Counted from the stretch's first letter, positions 8,793 through 20,479 are shown. The stretch: DNA of 64,000 nucleotides from Cyanobacteriota bacterium (GCA_033764955.1 JANRIL010000005.1:133461-197460), one strand, 5' to 3'. The notes: generated from the sequence alone by a model not told the origin. Made by a program: numbers and translations.

Positions 8793-11756
8793 ATGGTTGC
8801 CCACCTTTCGCCCGCCCCCCTAGAAACCCAAACCCAAACGATTGCCCGTCAATTATTGGCGGCCTGTAGTGAACCGCGTTCGTTTTTGGCTCAGATGCGG
8901 GATCACATGCGTTGGGATGACAAGTTGCTGGCCTGGGCGATGGATAATCCCCACCTGCGGGTACAGATGTTTCGTCTGATTGACTGCCTGCCCGCCCTCC
9001 GCAGCAAAGCGGAGATAGCCCGTCATCTGCAAGAGTATTTGGGGGATGCCTCAGTAGAGTTACCCACCCTGCTGAAAAACCTGCTCAACTTTAGCCAACC
9101 GGACTCTCTGCCGGGGCAGTTAGCCGCCACCACCCTCGCCACCGCCGTCGAAAGCTTAGCCCACCGCTACATTGCTGGGGAAACCTTCCAACAGATGGTG
9201 AAAACGCTGGAAACCCTGCGGAAAGACAAAATGACCTTCACTGTTGATCTTTTGGGAGAAGCCGTGATCAGTGAGCAGGAGGCAACCTCCTACCTCCATC
9301 GTTACCTGGAATTGATGGAAAAACTTTCCGCCACCACTAAAAGCTGGGGATCCCCTCAGACTGGCTCAAGCGAGGGGGATCCGCCTGCCCAAGTCTCGGT
9401 GAAACTGACCGCTTTTTATTCCCAATTTGATCCCCTCGATCCGGTGGGCAGTCAAGCCAAGGTGAGCGAGCGCATCCGCCTACTGTTGCGGCAGGCGGGT
9501 GAGTTGGGAGTGGGGGTGCATTTTGACATGGAGCAATATGTTTACAAAACCCTCACCCTGACTATTTTGAAAGCCATTTTGCGGGAGCCAGAATTTTGCC
9601 ACCGTACCGATGTGGGCATCACCCTGCAAGCCTATCTGCGGGATAGCTATTCTGATCTGACGGATCTAGTTGCCTGGGCGAAAGAGCGGGGGCAACCGGT
9701 GACGGTGCGGTTAGTGAAAGGAGCCTATTGGGATCAAGAAACCATCAAGTCCCGCCAAAAACACTGGCCATCACCGGTCTATCACCAGAAAGCCGCCACC
9801 GACCTCAACTTTGAGGCCATGACTCAGTTGCTACTGGAGAACCATGCCTATCTTTATGCCGCGATTGGCAGTCACAACGTTCGCTCCCAGGCCAAAGCCA
9901 TTGCCCTCGCCGAAAGCTTGCAGGTGCCCAAGCGGGCTTTTGAAATGCAGGTTCTCTACGGTATGGCGGACAAACTAGCCAAAGCTCTGGCACAAAAGGG
10001 CTATCGGGTCAGAGTTTATTGTCCCTATGGGGATCTCATCCCTGGCATGGCTTATCTGATCCGCCGTCTTTTGGAAAATACAGCCAATAGTTCCTTTTTG
10101 CGGCAAAGCCTTGGAGATCTGCCGACTGAGCAACTGCTTGCTCCTCCCACCCTAATGGCGGAGGGATCCCCCGCCCCTCCCTCAGGCTTTGTGGGGGTGC
10201 CGGATACTGACTTTAGTGCAGCGCAACAGCGGGATCCCTTTCAGCAGGCGCTGCAAACTGTAGGATCCCAGTTGGGACGCACTTATTGGCCAATCATTGC
10301 CGGACAAGCCAGCCCAACCCCAACCCTGTTTGCCTCCGTCAACCCCTCTCGACCGCAGGAGGTGGTGGGCAACGTTGGCCTAGCCAGCCTGGAACAAGCC
10401 CAACAAGCCCTAGCGGCAGCCAAAACCGCCTTTCCCGCCTGGAAACGCACCCCTGCCCCACAACGGGTAGCCATTCTCCGCCGCGCTGGGGAGCTGATGC
10501 AACAACGGCGAGCTATGCTATCGGCTTGGATGGTGGTGGAAACCGGCAAACCACTCCGTGAGGCGGATGCCGAAGTTTCCGAGGCTATTGATTTTTGTTT
10601 CTACTACGCCGATGAAATGGAGCGATTGGATCGCGGCTATCGCTATGATGTGGCGGGCGAAACCGACCGCTATCGCTATCAGCCGCGTGGTCTGGCTCTG
10701 GTCATCTCTCCCTGGAATTTTTCTTTGGCCATTCCGACGGGGATGACGGTGGCTGCTTTGGTGGCGGGCAATTGCACCATCCTCAAACCTGCCGAAGTCT
10801 CCTCAGTGGTGGCAGCTCAACTGGCTGCTATTTTGATGGAGGCAGGCTTTCCGGCGGGGGTATTCCAATATCTGCCCTGTCAGGGATCCAGCGTTGGCGC
10901 TTTTATGGTCAACCATCCCGATGTTCACCTGATTGCCTTTACGGGATCCCAGGAGGTGGGCTGTCGTATCTATGCGGCGGCGGCTGGGGTGCAGCCGGGA
11001 CAAACCCATCTGAAGCGGGTAATCGCGGAGATGGGGGGCAAAAACGCCATCATTGTGGATGAATCCGCTGACCTCGATCAAGCGGTGGCGGGGGTCGTGT
11101 ATTCCGCCTTTGGCTATAGCGGTCAAAAGTGCTCCGCTTGCTCTAGGGTGATCGTCCTAGACAGCATTTATGACGGATTTGTTGAGCGCTTGGTGGAGGC
11201 AACCCGCTCCTTGAATGTGGGAGCCGCCGATCTGCCCAGCACGCAAGTGGGACCGGTGATCGACGCCCATGCCCAGGCCCGCATCCTCGACCTGATCGAA
11301 AAAGCTAAGCAGGAGGCTGAGGTGGCTCTAGCTATGCCTGCCCCTGCCCCAGGATTTTTTGTGGGACCAACCATTTTCACCGAGGTTTCTCCCCAATCGC
11401 TGCTCGCCCAGGAAGAAATTTTTGGCCCGGTTTTAGCTGTCCTGCGTGCCAAAACCTTCAGCGAGGCTCTGCACATCGCCAACGATACCCGTTTTGCCCT
11501 AACTGGCGGGCTATATTCCCGCACCCCCTCCCACATCGCCCAAGCCCAAACGGAATTTGAAGTGGGCAATCTCTACATCAACCGGGGTATTACGGGTGCA
11601 ATTGTGGCTCGTCAACCCTTTGGTGGCTTCAAAATGTCAGGGGTGGGATCCAAAGCCGGTGGCCCCGATTATCTGCTGCAATTTTTAGAGCCGCGTGTCA
11701 TCACCGAAAATATTCAACGGCAGGGATTTGCTCCGATTGAGGGAGCAGAAAATTAG
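8793..11756 (+). CDS. putA: Bifunctional proline dehydrogenase / P5C dehydrogenase
   Basis: VRLVKGAYWD and YLIRRLLENTAN (PRODH); ISPWNF, EMGGKN, GQKCSACS, EEIFGP (ALDH). Confidence 0.95.
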   Translation: MVAHLSPAPLETQTQTIARQLLAACSEPRSFLAQMRDHMRWDDKLLAWAMDNPHLRVQMFRLIDCLPALRSKAEIARHLQEYLGDASVELPTLLKNLLNFSQPDSLPGQLAATTLATAVESLAHRYIAGETFQQMVKTLETLRKDKMTFTVDLLGEAVISEQEATSYLHRYLELMEKLSATTKSWGSPQTGSSEGDPPAQVSVKLTAFYSQFDPLDPVGSQAKVSERIRLLLRQAGELGVGVHFDMEQYVYKTLTLTILKAILREPEFCHRTDVGITLQAYLRDSYSDLTDLVAWAKERGQPVTVRLVKGAYWDQETIKSRQKHWPSPVYHQKAATDLNFEAMTQLLLENHAYLYAAIGSHNVRSQAKAIALAESLQVPKRAFEMQVLYGMADKLAKALAQKGYRVRVYCPYGDLIPGMAYLIRRLLENTANSSFLRQSLGDLPTEQLLAPPTLMAEGSPAPPSGFVGVPDTDFSAAQQRDPFQQALQTVGSQLGRTYWPIIAGQASPTPTLFASVNPSRPQEVVGNVGLASLEQAQQALAAAKTAFPAWKRTPAPQRVAILRRAGELMQQRRAMLSAWMVVETGKPLREADAEVSEAIDFCFYYADEMERLDRGYRYDVAGETDRYRYQPRGLALVISPWNFSLAIPTGMTVAALVAGNCTILKPAEVSSVVAAQLAAILMEAGFPAGVFQYLPCQGSSVGAFMVNHPDVHLIAFTGSQEVGCRIYAAAAGVQPGQTHLKRVIAEMGGKNAIIVDESADLDQAVAGVVYSAFGYSGQKCSACSRVIVLDSIYDGFVERLVEATRSLNVGAADLPSTQVGPVIDAHAQARILDLIEKAKQEAEVALAMPAPAPGFFVGPTIFTEVSPQSLLAQEEIFGPVLAVLRAKTFSEALHIANDTRFALTGGLYSRTPSHIAQAQTEFEVGNLYINRGITGAIVARQPFGGFKMSGVGSKAGGPDYLLQFLEPRVITENIQRQGFAPIEGAEN

Positions 11757-11844
11757 GCAAAGGGATCCCTGGCTAACCCAAAGTCAGTGGGGGATCTGCC
11801 ATGCAGGTATTGACGTTGGGATAGCTTCTGACTGGGTTCTGTTG

Positions 11845-12296
11845 ATCTTTGCATCTGAGCCAGAAGAAAGTACCCGCAAAATAGAGAAAACTTAAGAATC
11901 TCCTCGCCAACTTGTCAAAGCCAGAACATAGATGTTGATACTGCCTCAGCTTATGGAAAAGGCATTCTATCAGATGCCTCCCCTTGCATAAGTGCTTGTC
12001 ATTATCTCCCTCTACCCTTTTATTCTTTATTAGAGGGAATAACGACCTGAGTTTCCCCCACTTGCTCAATTAATCTATTGGAATTATACCCTTTATCTCC
12101 GATCACTTTTGTGGATTCCTCTTGTCACCCATCATGCATTCCTCTGCTTGGTTAATATCATGCTTTCCCCCATCGGTGATTCTAAAAACTAGCAGATTCC
12201 CTAACCCCCTCGGCTTCTTCCCGTTTTTTCCTGCTGCACAGGAATGAGCACGAACTGTTGTCGAGTCAATAATCAGATGCTCCAAATCGGGATCCC
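11845..12296 (-). mobile_element. Degraded IS5-family transposase fragment (pseudogene)
   Basis: DPDLEHLIIDSTTVRAH..AAG and RHLIECLFHKLRQY...FDKLARRFLSF motifs in different frames; N-terminus missing. Confidence 0.8.
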
Positions 12297-12523
12297 CTTA
12301 AATTTACGATGCTGCTAGATTGTCCGCTATTTCTGCTCATGCCAACCCTCCTGTTCGTTGACACTATTCTCAAGAAATGCGATCTACAGACGGATGAATC
12401 CCCTCAGGAATGTAAAGTTTTGCTACTGTCATTCAACGCTTCTGGAACCGACAATCATGGGATCCCCTTCTTAATGGCACAGGCTAAGCGCTACAGTGGG
12501 GAAAACTAGGAGACGCGGCGACA

Positions 12524-13387
12524 GTGGATGTGCTGAAAAGCATTTTCAATACCCCCCATCCCATCATTGGCGTAGTGCATTTATTGCCCCTACCGGGTTC
12601 TCCGCGTTGGGGAGGCAGTCTGGAGCCTGTGATTGCTCAAGCGGAACAGGAGGCTACGGCTCTGGCAGCAGGTGGGGTGCATGGCATGATTGTGGAGAAT
12701 TATCACGATGCCCCCTTCAGTAAGCAGCAGGTGGATCCCGCCGTGGTGAGTGCCATGAGTGTTGTGGTGCAGCGCCTCAAAAATCTGGTGGCCTTGCCCA
12801 TTGGCATCAACGTTTTACGCAATGATGGACATAGTGCCCTGGCGATTGCCGCCTGTGTAGGTGCCCAGTTTATCCGCGTGAATGTCTTATCCGGCAGTAT
12901 GGTGACGGATCAAGGCACGATTGAGGGCGATGCCTACCACCTCTTGCGCTATCGCCGTGCTTTGGGGGTAGATGTCAAAATCTTTGCCGATGTTTTGGTC
13001 AAGCACGCCCGTCCTCTGGGATCCCCTCACTTGCGGGATATTGTGGCTGATACCATTGAACGCAGTCTGGCCGATGCCATTATTCTCTCCGGTTGGGCGA
13101 CAGGACAACCTCCTTTGTTAGAAGATCTCGAAATTGCCCGCTCTGCTTCCCCCCACACTCCCCTGCTGATTGGTTCGGGCGCTACCCAGGAAAATATCGG
13201 GACTCTGATGCAGTGGGCGGACGGAGTGATCGTGGCATCTTCCCTCAAGCGCCCCAGCCGCAATCTGATATCTGGCGGAGAATCGTTTCAGGTGATTGAT
13301 CCGATTCGAGTGCGACACTTTGTAGACTCTATGCATCGTCACTCTCAAGCCCGACCCCTACCGCCGCCTGTTTTGGCCTCGAACTAA
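12524..13387 (+). CDS. btpA: Photosystem I biogenesis protein BtpA (BtpA/SgcQ family)
   Basis: IIGVVHLLPLPGSPRWGG, GINVLRND, ADVLVKH motifs. Confidence 0.93.
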   Translation: MDVLKSIFNTPHPIIGVVHLLPLPGSPRWGGSLEPVIAQAEQEATALAAGGVHGMIVENYHDAPFSKQQVDPAVVSAMSVVVQRLKNLVALPIGINVLRNDGHSALAIAACVGAQFIRVNVLSGSMVTDQGTIEGDAYHLLRYRRALGVDVKIFADVLVKHARPLGSPHLRDIVADTIERSLADAIILSGWATGQPPLLEDLEIARSASPHTPLLIGSGATQENIGTLMQWADGVIVASSLKRPSRNLISGGESFQVIDPIRVRHFVDSMHRHSQARPLPPPVLASN

Positions 13388-13573
13388 CCGGCTTTCTTGT
13401 TGATGGCGGAGAAGGTGGTGAAGAATTTAGCTAACTCCATCACGATCAGGCTTGTTTTTTCTTGGGTTGAGCAGATTAAAATCAAGGCAGCTTACTTAGC
13501 CACTGCCGAATACGGTATGGTTGGGTGTTAGCAATTTCTAGTTCCGGCTAGCCCTTCCTTTCTGCGAGCAATC

Positions 13574-14617
13574 ATGCAGAATCCACCTGTCCTCAACCTG
13601 CCCATCCCAGACGAGGCTGAGCTAGATAATGCTGAGCTAGAGACAAGAGTTCAGGTGCCTCGCTTATTGGTGATTGATGATGACCGAGCCACCCTCACCT
13701 ACGTGGCTGAAGTATTAGAAGCCTCAAAATATTTGGTCGAGACGATTGAAGGGGGGAAATCGGTTTGGGAGCAACTCACCCGCATGGCTCCCCATCATCT
13801 GCCCAATATGATTATTTGTGATTGGACGATGCCAGAGTTAACGGGGGTCGATATCTGCCGTCGCTTAAAAGCAACCCCTGAATTTCAGTATGTCTATTTT
13901 ATTTTGCTGACTGCCCGCACTGAGATTCAGGATCGGGTCAAGGGTCTGGATGCCGGAGCGGATGAGTTTATCACGAAGCCCGTGGATCCCGACGAGTTAC
14001 GGGCGCGGGTGCGAGCTGGCTTACGGCTGCAACAATTGACACAAGCTCTGGCTCAGGCTAATCGACAACTACAAGCCCGCAACGAGTTACTAGAGTCATT
14101 GTCCCTCACCGATCAACTGACTGGGGTTCTCAATCGACGTGCCCTCGACCAAGCCCTGCCTCACCTGCTCGAACAGGTTGGCCCTCGTTTTTCGGAGGCT
14201 CGTTATCGCTATCTCTGCTTGATGATTTTAGATGTGGATCATTTCAAGCAGGTCAACGACACCTACGGCCATTATGCCGGGGACTGTGTTTTGCAGGCAG
14301 TGGCGCAACGCTTGCAGGCTCGCTTACGCCCTTCTAGCCTGCTTTATCGCTATGGCGGAGAAGAATTTATCTGCATTACGCCGGGGCTAAACCATCAGCG
14401 CAGCTATCGCTACGCAGAATATCTGCGGAGTGTGATTGCCAATGATCCGATTGCCATTTCTCCCAAACGAGCCATCCCTATTACCATCAGCGTGGGAGGA
14501 ACCGTGGTGACTGATCTCCAGTCTGTGGAAGCTCTCACCGCTATCAATCAAGCTGACCAGGCTCTTTACCAAGCCAAACAATCCGGTCGCAACTGTGTTT
14601 ATATGACTCCCCCTTGA
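13574..14617 (+). CDS. Response-regulator diguanylate cyclase (REC-GGDEF, PleD/WspR-like)
   Basis: REC domain (VIDDD, CDWTMP, KP), D-x-LTG, DVDHFKQVNDTYGH, RYGGEEF. Confidence 0.92.
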   Translation: MQNPPVLNLPIPDEAELDNAELETRVQVPRLLVIDDDRATLTYVAEVLEASKYLVETIEGGKSVWEQLTRMAPHHLPNMIICDWTMPELTGVDICRRLKATPEFQYVYFILLTARTEIQDRVKGLDAGADEFITKPVDPDELRARVRAGLRLQQLTQALAQANRQLQARNELLESLSLTDQLTGVLNRRALDQALPHLLEQVGPRFSEARYRYLCLMILDVDHFKQVNDTYGHYAGDCVLQAVAQRLQARLRPSSLLYRYGGEEFICITPGLNHQRSYRYAEYLRSVIANDPIAISPKRAIPITISVGGTVVTDLQSVEALTAINQADQALYQAKQSGRNCVYMTPP

Positions 14618-15411
14618 GCAGCAGGGGGTGGAGAAGTCTCCGGTAGACGGGATCCACAGACCTTGCAATAGAGGGCATCGGGATCATGGAGTGGTTGCCC
14701 GCAAGAGCCACAAGGGATCCGCACCTGCTCTCCCGATTTGACAAGGCGCTTGATCAGATCCCCCACCTGCCAGGGAATGAGGGCAATGCCCGTCAAGATC
14801 ATCAGCACCGTCAACAGTCGCCCCCCCTCCGAAACCGGGGTGATGTCACCAAAGCCCACGGTGGTCATGGTGACAACGGAGAAATAGACCGCATCGAGAA
14901 AAGTCTGGAAAATTTGCCCATTCACAGGATGCTCTACCTGATAGATCAAGCCAGAATAAACAAAAATAATGGCAAATAGCGTAAATAAAATTCGGCTAAA
15001 AATTTGTCCATCTTGCGAACTGATCAATCCAAAAAAAGTTTTTCGCTCCACAAATCGAATCAGACGCAAAATACGAAACCAGCGAAAGATACGAATAAAT
15101 CGAATATCGCTTAAGCCAATGATAAATGGCAAAATAGCGACCAGATCAATCAATGAATAAAAACTAAAAAAATAGGCTAGTTTTTTCTCGGCACACCAAA
15201 ATCGCAAAAGATACTCGAGACCAAAAACAATCAGGATCCCTCGATCAAGAATGTCCAGCCTGGTTCGCCAAATCTCCTGAATCGGATAGGTTTCTGCCAC
15301 AAAAATTCCTGAGGAAATCACCACCAACAGAGCAATCCCCAAATTGACTCGTTTGCCGATTGGGGTCTCAATATCTTCTAAATAGCTTGCCAAAGCCTGC
15401 CGCATCGCCAT
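14599..15411 (-). CDS. Ion transporter / potassium channel
   Basis: S4-like RFIRIFRWFRILRLIR, filter TTVGFGD, C-terminal CxxC...CxxC; start probably ATG at 15411 or 15405. Confidence 0.9.
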   Translation of the reverse strand: MAMRQALASYLEDIETPIGKRVNLGIALLVVISSGIFVAETYPIQEIWRTRLDILDRGILIVFGLEYLLRFWCAEKKLAYFFSFYSLIDLVAILPFIIGLSDIRFIRIFRWFRILRLIRFVERKTFFGLISSQDGQIFSRILFTLFAIIFVYSGLIYQVEHPVNGQIFQTFLDAVYFSVVTMTTVGFGDITPVSEGGRLLTVLMILTGIALIPWQVGDLIKRLVKSGEQVRIPCGSCGQPLHDPDALYCKVCGSRLPETSPPPAAQGGVI

Positions 15412-15541
15412 TGCCAATTGCTGCCCCTTGCTGAAACGGGATCCCGGATAGGATAACAACCTTCTGCTGGCGGGCGAAGGGCACAACCCAGAGGACATGG
15501 TAGAATCGCTAGGTCTTAGCTCACGAAGGCTCAGGCTGCAT

Positions 15542-16615
15542 ATGGCTAGACCCCGCCCTAATCCCGCTGTTTTCCCCCAACCTTCCACCAGCAATTTGCC
15601 CCAGCCTGTGCCCGTCGGGGTGATCGGGGTGGGAAATATGGGTCAGCACCACACCCGCGTCTTTAGCCGCATGAAGGATGTAGAAGTGGTGGGGGTTGCG
15701 GATATCAATGTGGAGCGTGGTCTGGATATTGCTAGCCGTTACCGCATTCATTTTTATGACGACTATCGAGACTTGCTGCCCCATGTGGCAGCGGTAGCGA
15801 TTGCGGTGCCGACGGTGTTGCATCATGAGGTAGGCATCACCTGTATGGAAGCGGGGGTGCATGTTTTATTGGAAAAGCCGATTGCCGCCAATATTGCTGA
15901 AGCCGAATCGCTGGTCAACCGAGCCGCCGATTGTAACTGTATTCTGCAAGTCGGTCACATCGAACGGTTTAACCCTGCTTTTCAGCAGTTATGTCGGGTT
16001 TTGCAGGGGGAAGAACCCCTAGCCATCGAAGCCCAGCGCATGAGTCCTTATTCCAATCGAGCCAGTGATGTCTCGGTGGTGTTTGATTTAATGATTCACG
16101 ATATTGATTTATTGCTGGAGTTAGTGCCTTATCCGGTGACAAAATTGAGCGCCAGCGGCAACCGAGCTTCTAAATTGGGATATTTGGACTATGTCACAGC
16201 AACATTTACGTTTGCCAATGGTCTGATTGCTTCCCTGACAGCTAGCAAAGTTACCCACCGCAAAGTCCGTCGCATTAGTGCCCATTGCAAAAACTCTTTG
16301 GTAGAGGCTGATTTTCTCAATAACGATATCTCCATTTGTCGGCAAAATACGGCCAGCCCCATCAATGATTTTGGGCAAGTTCTCTATCAGCGGGATTGTC
16401 TGATTGAAAAAGTTCACACCGATAACATCGACAAACTGCACGCCGAATTGGAACATTTCATCAACTGTGTGCGCGGGGGCAACCAACCGTCGGTGGGGGG
16501 AGAACAGGCGTTGAAAGCCCTCAAACTGGCTTCCGAAATTGAGCGGCTAGCCCTAGATGGATGTGCCTGGAATGAGGGACGGATCCCTTCCCAAAATCGA
16601 GAGATTTTTTCCTGA
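15542..16615 (+). CDS. Gfo/Idh/MocA family oxidoreductase
   Basis: GVIGVGNMG, EKP, GHIERFNP, DLMIHDID. Confidence 0.9.
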   Translation: MARPRPNPAVFPQPSTSNLPQPVPVGVIGVGNMGQHHTRVFSRMKDVEVVGVADINVERGLDIASRYRIHFYDDYRDLLPHVAAVAIAVPTVLHHEVGITCMEAGVHVLLEKPIAANIAEAESLVNRAADCNCILQVGHIERFNPAFQQLCRVLQGEEPLAIEAQRMSPYSNRASDVSVVFDLMIHDIDLLLELVPYPVTKLSASGNRASKLGYLDYVTATFTFANGLIASLTASKVTHRKVRRISAHCKNSLVEADFLNNDISICRQNTASPINDFGQVLYQRDCLIEKVHTDNIDKLHAELEHFINCVRGGNQPSVGGEQALKALKLASEIERLALDGCAWNEGRIPSQNREIFS

Positions 16616-16629
16616 ATCTAGCTCTCCTT

Positions 16630-17373
16630 TCATAGCGGGGAGGGGGGCAAATCAAACAAGACAGTTGTCATATAGCGTTCCGCCCAGGCTGGCCCAAAGG
16701 CTTTTTCCAAAACACGGCGGGTGCGATCATTTTGTTGCTGTTGGGTGCAATAGCGATGTTGCCCTGCATAGCTCAGCTTGGGATCCCCGCTCCCATCCAT
16801 CTGGCGAGCCTGTTGGCAATGAATGCGTAAATAGTGGCTGGCTAGCCGCAAAAACTGATCGGCCTCAGCGTCATCAGCCGGACGGATAAACAGACAATAA
16901 GGGGAGAAAATGGATCCCCATTCCGGTAACTCTCGCTTTTCGCTAAAAGATTGAGTCAAGCTCCGAAGTGATTCTAGCGCCTGTTGATGGCCTTGGGGGA
17001 GTTGACTTTCTACCGGTGAAAGATCGACAATCGCCGCACTAATTTGCCCTCGTCCCGCCACAATATCACAGCCAAACATCGGCAATGGATAGGTTAGATG
17101 GGGAAACATGACACAATGCAAAATATCCAGATTGGATCCGGCTCGCGCCAGTTCCAGATGCATCTTGCGAAATTCCTGGCTTTGAAAGCAGCGATTCTCG
17201 ATAATCAGTCTTTCCCCCTCCAAGCGACCCTCAACATAACCCAAATCATCGGGTAAAACATAGGCGGACAATTCCAATTCCTCTTGCCAAATGTGGAGAA
17301 TCTGTTCAGCTAAGCGGTTAATCAGTGGATGTAACTGCACTTGTAAGGAAGGGGAAACAGAGGGGTCAGACAT
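16630..17373 (-). CDS. pcyA: Phycocyanobilin:ferredoxin oxidoreductase
   Basis: GYVEGRLEGE, FRKMHLELA, LDILHCVMFP, QQQQNDRTRRVLEKAFG. Confidence 0.95.
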   Translation of the reverse strand: MSDPSVSPSLQVQLHPLINRLAEQILHIWQEELELSAYVLPDDLGYVEGRLEGERLIIENRCFQSQEFRKMHLELARAGSNLDILHCVMFPHLTYPLPMFGCDIVAGRGQISAAIVDLSPVESQLPQGHQQALESLRSLTQSFSEKRELPEWGSIFSPYCLFIRPADDAEADQFLRLASHYLRIHCQQARQMDGSGDPKLSYAGQHRYCTQQQQNDRTRRVLEKAFGPAWAERYMTTVLFDLPPSPL

Positions 17374-17520
17374 ACCAGGGATCCCGTGGCTGTGGTTCAG
17401 CCATTTTCGGATATTCGGGTAAAAACAGAAAGCCCCATTCCCCTTGCCGCGGGAAAAATAGGCAGTGAAAGTGGAAGGCTGGTTAGAGAAGCTTAGGAGA
17501 ACTGGATCCGGTTTGGAATT

Positions 17521-19059
17521 CTATAATCGGCGCCACCGCCGCCCATCTTTGGTGAGCAGATCTTCCGCCGCCTTTGGCCCCCAGGTTCCGGCTTCGTAGG
17601 TATAGACGGGCTGAGGGGCGCTGCCGTTGCTAGACTCCCAAGCCGACAAAACGGGCGTGACCACTCGCCAAGCAGCCTCCACCTCATCCGAGCGCGTAAA
17701 GAGGGTTTGATCGCCCAACAGACATTCCAAGAGCAACCGATCATAAGCGTCGGTGGTGCTGCCCCCAAAAGCTGCCCCATAGCGAAAATCCATATCTACC
17801 GAGCGGGTACGGATCTCTGGCCCTGGCATCTTGGCCTCAAAGCGCAACGAGATTCCTTCATTGGGCTGAATTCGCAGCACCAAGACATTTGGGCTAACCT
17901 CCTGTGCCGCCGACTGAAACAGCAAGAGGGGCACTTGCCGAAAGTGAATCGCTACCTCTGAGACTTTTTTGGGCAACCGTTTGCCCGTCCGCAGATAAAA
18001 TGGCACCCCCTGCCAGCGCCAAGTATCACAGACCAGCTTGAGGGCAACGTAGGTGGGAGTGGTGGAGGCCGGGTTGACATTCGCTTCATCCAGATATCCG
18101 GGCACCTGTTTCCCCGCCATCCAACCTGCGCCATATTGGGAGCGAATCGCACACTCAGCGATGTGTCGGGGATCCGCGACACGAGTAGCCTGCAACACCT
18201 TGGTTTTTTCGTTGCGAACCCCATCACTCGCCAGCGAGACCGGTGGCTCCATCGCCGTCAAACAATAGACCTGCATCAAGTGATTCTGCACCATATCCCG
18301 CAGGGCACCGGAGGTGTCATAGTAGCCTGCTCGATCTTCAACCCCGACGGTTTCTGCCACCGAGATTTGGATGTGGTCAATATAGTTGCGGTTCCAGAGG
18401 GGTTCAAAAATCGCATTGGCAAAGCGAAAGACCAACAAATTTTGAACGGTTTCTTTGCCTAAATAGTGGTCAATCCGATAGATTTGTTCTTCGTGACAAA
18501 CTTTTTGGACAATCCGATTTAGCTCTTGGGCTGAGGTGAGATCATGTCCAAACGGTTTCTCGATTACCACCCGCGTTTTGCGGGGATTGGCTAACATGCC
18601 TGCGGCTCCCAACTGCTGCACCGCCTCTGCATAGAAATCAGGAGAAACTGCTAAATAATAAATGCGATTGCCACGGGTGCCGCGCTGCTGATCCAACTCA
18701 CTCAAGAGGGCATTTAATTGTTCGTAGCTTTCGGGTTTATTGATATCCAGTTGACAATAAAACAAGCGGCTAGCAAAGTCTTCCCAGACGGCTTCTGGGC
18801 CTAAATCTTTGGGGGCAAATTCCTGCATGGCCGCCCGCATTTTGGCACGATAGGATTCATGGGTCCAATCTTTGCGAGCCACTCCCACCAGCGTAAACTC
18901 TGTTGGCAAGCGTCGCTGCACAAACAGACGGTAATAGGCGGGGATCAGCTTGCGACCCGCTAAATCTCCGGAAGCACCAAATTGCACCAAGATCGAAGGA
19001 TCGGGGGTGCGTTCTTGATTGAGTCCAATCCGTAGGGGGTTTTCTGTCAGGCTCAGCAT
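17521..19059 (-). CDS. zwf: Glucose-6-phosphate 1-dehydrogenase
   Basis: [23 protein letters not shown] at 19059 ([10 protein letters not shown]). Confidence 0.97.
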   Translation of the reverse strand: MLSLTENPLRIGLNQERTPDPSILVQFGASGDLAGRKLIPAYYRLFVQRRLPTEFTLVGVARKDWTHESYRAKMRAAMQEFAPKDLGPEAVWEDFASRLFYCQLDINKPESYEQLNALLSELDQQRGTRGNRIYYLAVSPDFYAEAVQQLGAAGMLANPRKTRVVIEKPFGHDLTSAQELNRIVQKVCHEEQIYRIDHYLGKETVQNLLVFRFANAIFEPLWNRNYIDHIQISVAETVGVEDRAGYYDTSGALRDMVQNHLMQVYCLTAMEPPVSLASDGVRNEKTKVLQATRVADPRHIAECAIRSQYGAGWMAGKQVPGYLDEANVNPASTTPTYVALKLVCDTWRWQGVPFYLRTGKRLPKKVSEVAIHFRQVPLLLFQSAAQEVSPNVLVLRIQPNEGISLRFEAKMPGPEIRTRSVDMDFRYGAAFGGSTTDAYDRLLLECLLGDQTLFTRSDEVEAAWRVVTPVLSAWESSNGSAPQPVYTYEAGTWGPKAAEDLLTKDGRRWRRL

Positions 19060-19181
19060 AGGGATGGCAATCTCGAAAAGAGGATGAATGGAGAGATAAA
19101 TCAGGGAATCGGTCAGAGCAAAAATTAAACAGAGGGATCCCCATCCTTGTCCCATCCGAGAGCCTAGGGATCCCCTGCCCG

Positions 19182-20225
19182 TTAACTAGAACTAACCTGC
19201 CGCAAACACCGTTCGACTTCCGCCACATTGTCAGAGCTACCGATAATCAAAGGCACCCGCTGATGCAACGCATGGGGGTGAATATCGAGAATGCGCTGCT
19301 CTCCGTCGGTAGCCACGCCCCCCGCCTGCTCCATCAAAAAAGCTAAGGGAGAAGCTTCATACATCAAGCGCAATTTGCCTTCGGGTTTGTGTTGTGTACC
19401 GGGATAAAGATAAACCCCTCCTTGCAGCAAAATCCGGTGAAAATCTGCTACCAAAGCCCCGCTATAGCGGGAGGTATATCCATCATGGCGATGCACAAAT
19501 TTCACATAATCTTGAATGCCGGTTTGCCACTGACAAAAATATCCTTCGTTCAGACTATAAACGGATCCCCGTTGCGGGGTGCGAATATGACTTTTGGACA
19601 AAATAAACTCTCCCAGGCTGGGATCCAAGGTAAAGCTGTGTACCCCCTTGCCCAAGGTATAAACCAGTTGAGTGCTGGGGCCATACATGATATAGCCCGC
19701 CGCAATTTGTTGGTGTCCCGGTTGCAGTAGATCCTTGTTGTGGGTTTCATCGGATCCCATCGCCCGCAGGACCGAAAAAATGGATCCCACCGCTAAATTG
19801 GCATCGATATTGGAGGAACCATCCAACGGATCAAAAACCAATGCGTAGCGACTGAGGGAACAGTTTTCGGGGAGGCGGGCGGGAGCCGTCATCTCCTCCG
19901 AGACAATCCGACACACCAAACCCGTTTGTTCTAAAACGCGAATGAAAGCACGGTTGGCGTAATCATCCATCTGTTGCTGCACCTCCCCCTGCACATTGAT
20001 GGATCCGGTCACCCCCAGCGCATCCTCCACCAAGCCCGATTGGCTCAAGCGACGGGCGATCATCTTGCCCGCCAGAGCTATGCGGGTCATCAGGGCACTA
20101 AAGTCTTGGGCTTCTGTCGTAAACCCTTCAAATTGTTGCAAGACATGCCGGGAAAGGGTCAAGACATCCCGTGACATTTCCAGTTCAGCCGCCGAAATCG
20201 GAGCTGTTAAGGGAGCAGTAACCAC
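19182..20225 (-). CDS. fbp: Fructose-1,6-bisphosphatase class 1
   Basis: [30 protein letters not shown]. Confidence 0.96.
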   Translation of the reverse strand: MVTAPLTAPISAAELEMSRDVLTLSRHVLQQFEGFTTEAQDFSALMTRIALAGKMIARRLSQSGLVEDALGVTGSINVQGEVQQQMDDYANRAFIRVLEQTGLVCRIVSEEMTAPARLPENCSLSRYALVFDPLDGSSNIDANLAVGSIFSVLRAMGSDETHNKDLLQPGHQQIAAGYIMYGPSTQLVYTLGKGVHSFTLDPSLGEFILSKSHIRTPQRGSVYSLNEGYFCQWQTGIQDYVKFVHRHDGYTSRYSGALVADFHRILLQGGVYLYPGTQHKPEGKLRLMYEASPLAFLMEQAGGVATDGEQRILDIHPHALHQRVPLIIGSSDNVAEVERCLRQVSSS

Positions 20226-20479
20226 AACGTAACCTCCAGTAAAGACTGGGTGAGGAAGGCTGCTGCGGCAAGAAACCAGGGCAACCCTCTCCCCTCATGC
20301 TAAGCAGGCAAGTTGAAAATTGCCTGATGGTTTTTCAGAGTTATAGATTAAATTCACATTTGTGGATCCCTAGGGTTGACTGGGATCCCTCTCAGCCAGA
20401 CCAAACCATGTCCGTCATATCTGGGATCAACTCTCTATCTTCTGGGTGATGAATCCAGCGGGTGATGGATAAGCGGCTC

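Noticed and set aside
15542..16615. Calling this biliverdin reductase because it neighbours pcyA
   Set aside because: The motifs fit the general GHIERFNP/DLMIHDID Gfo/Idh/MocA subgroup; convergent adjacency is not evidence
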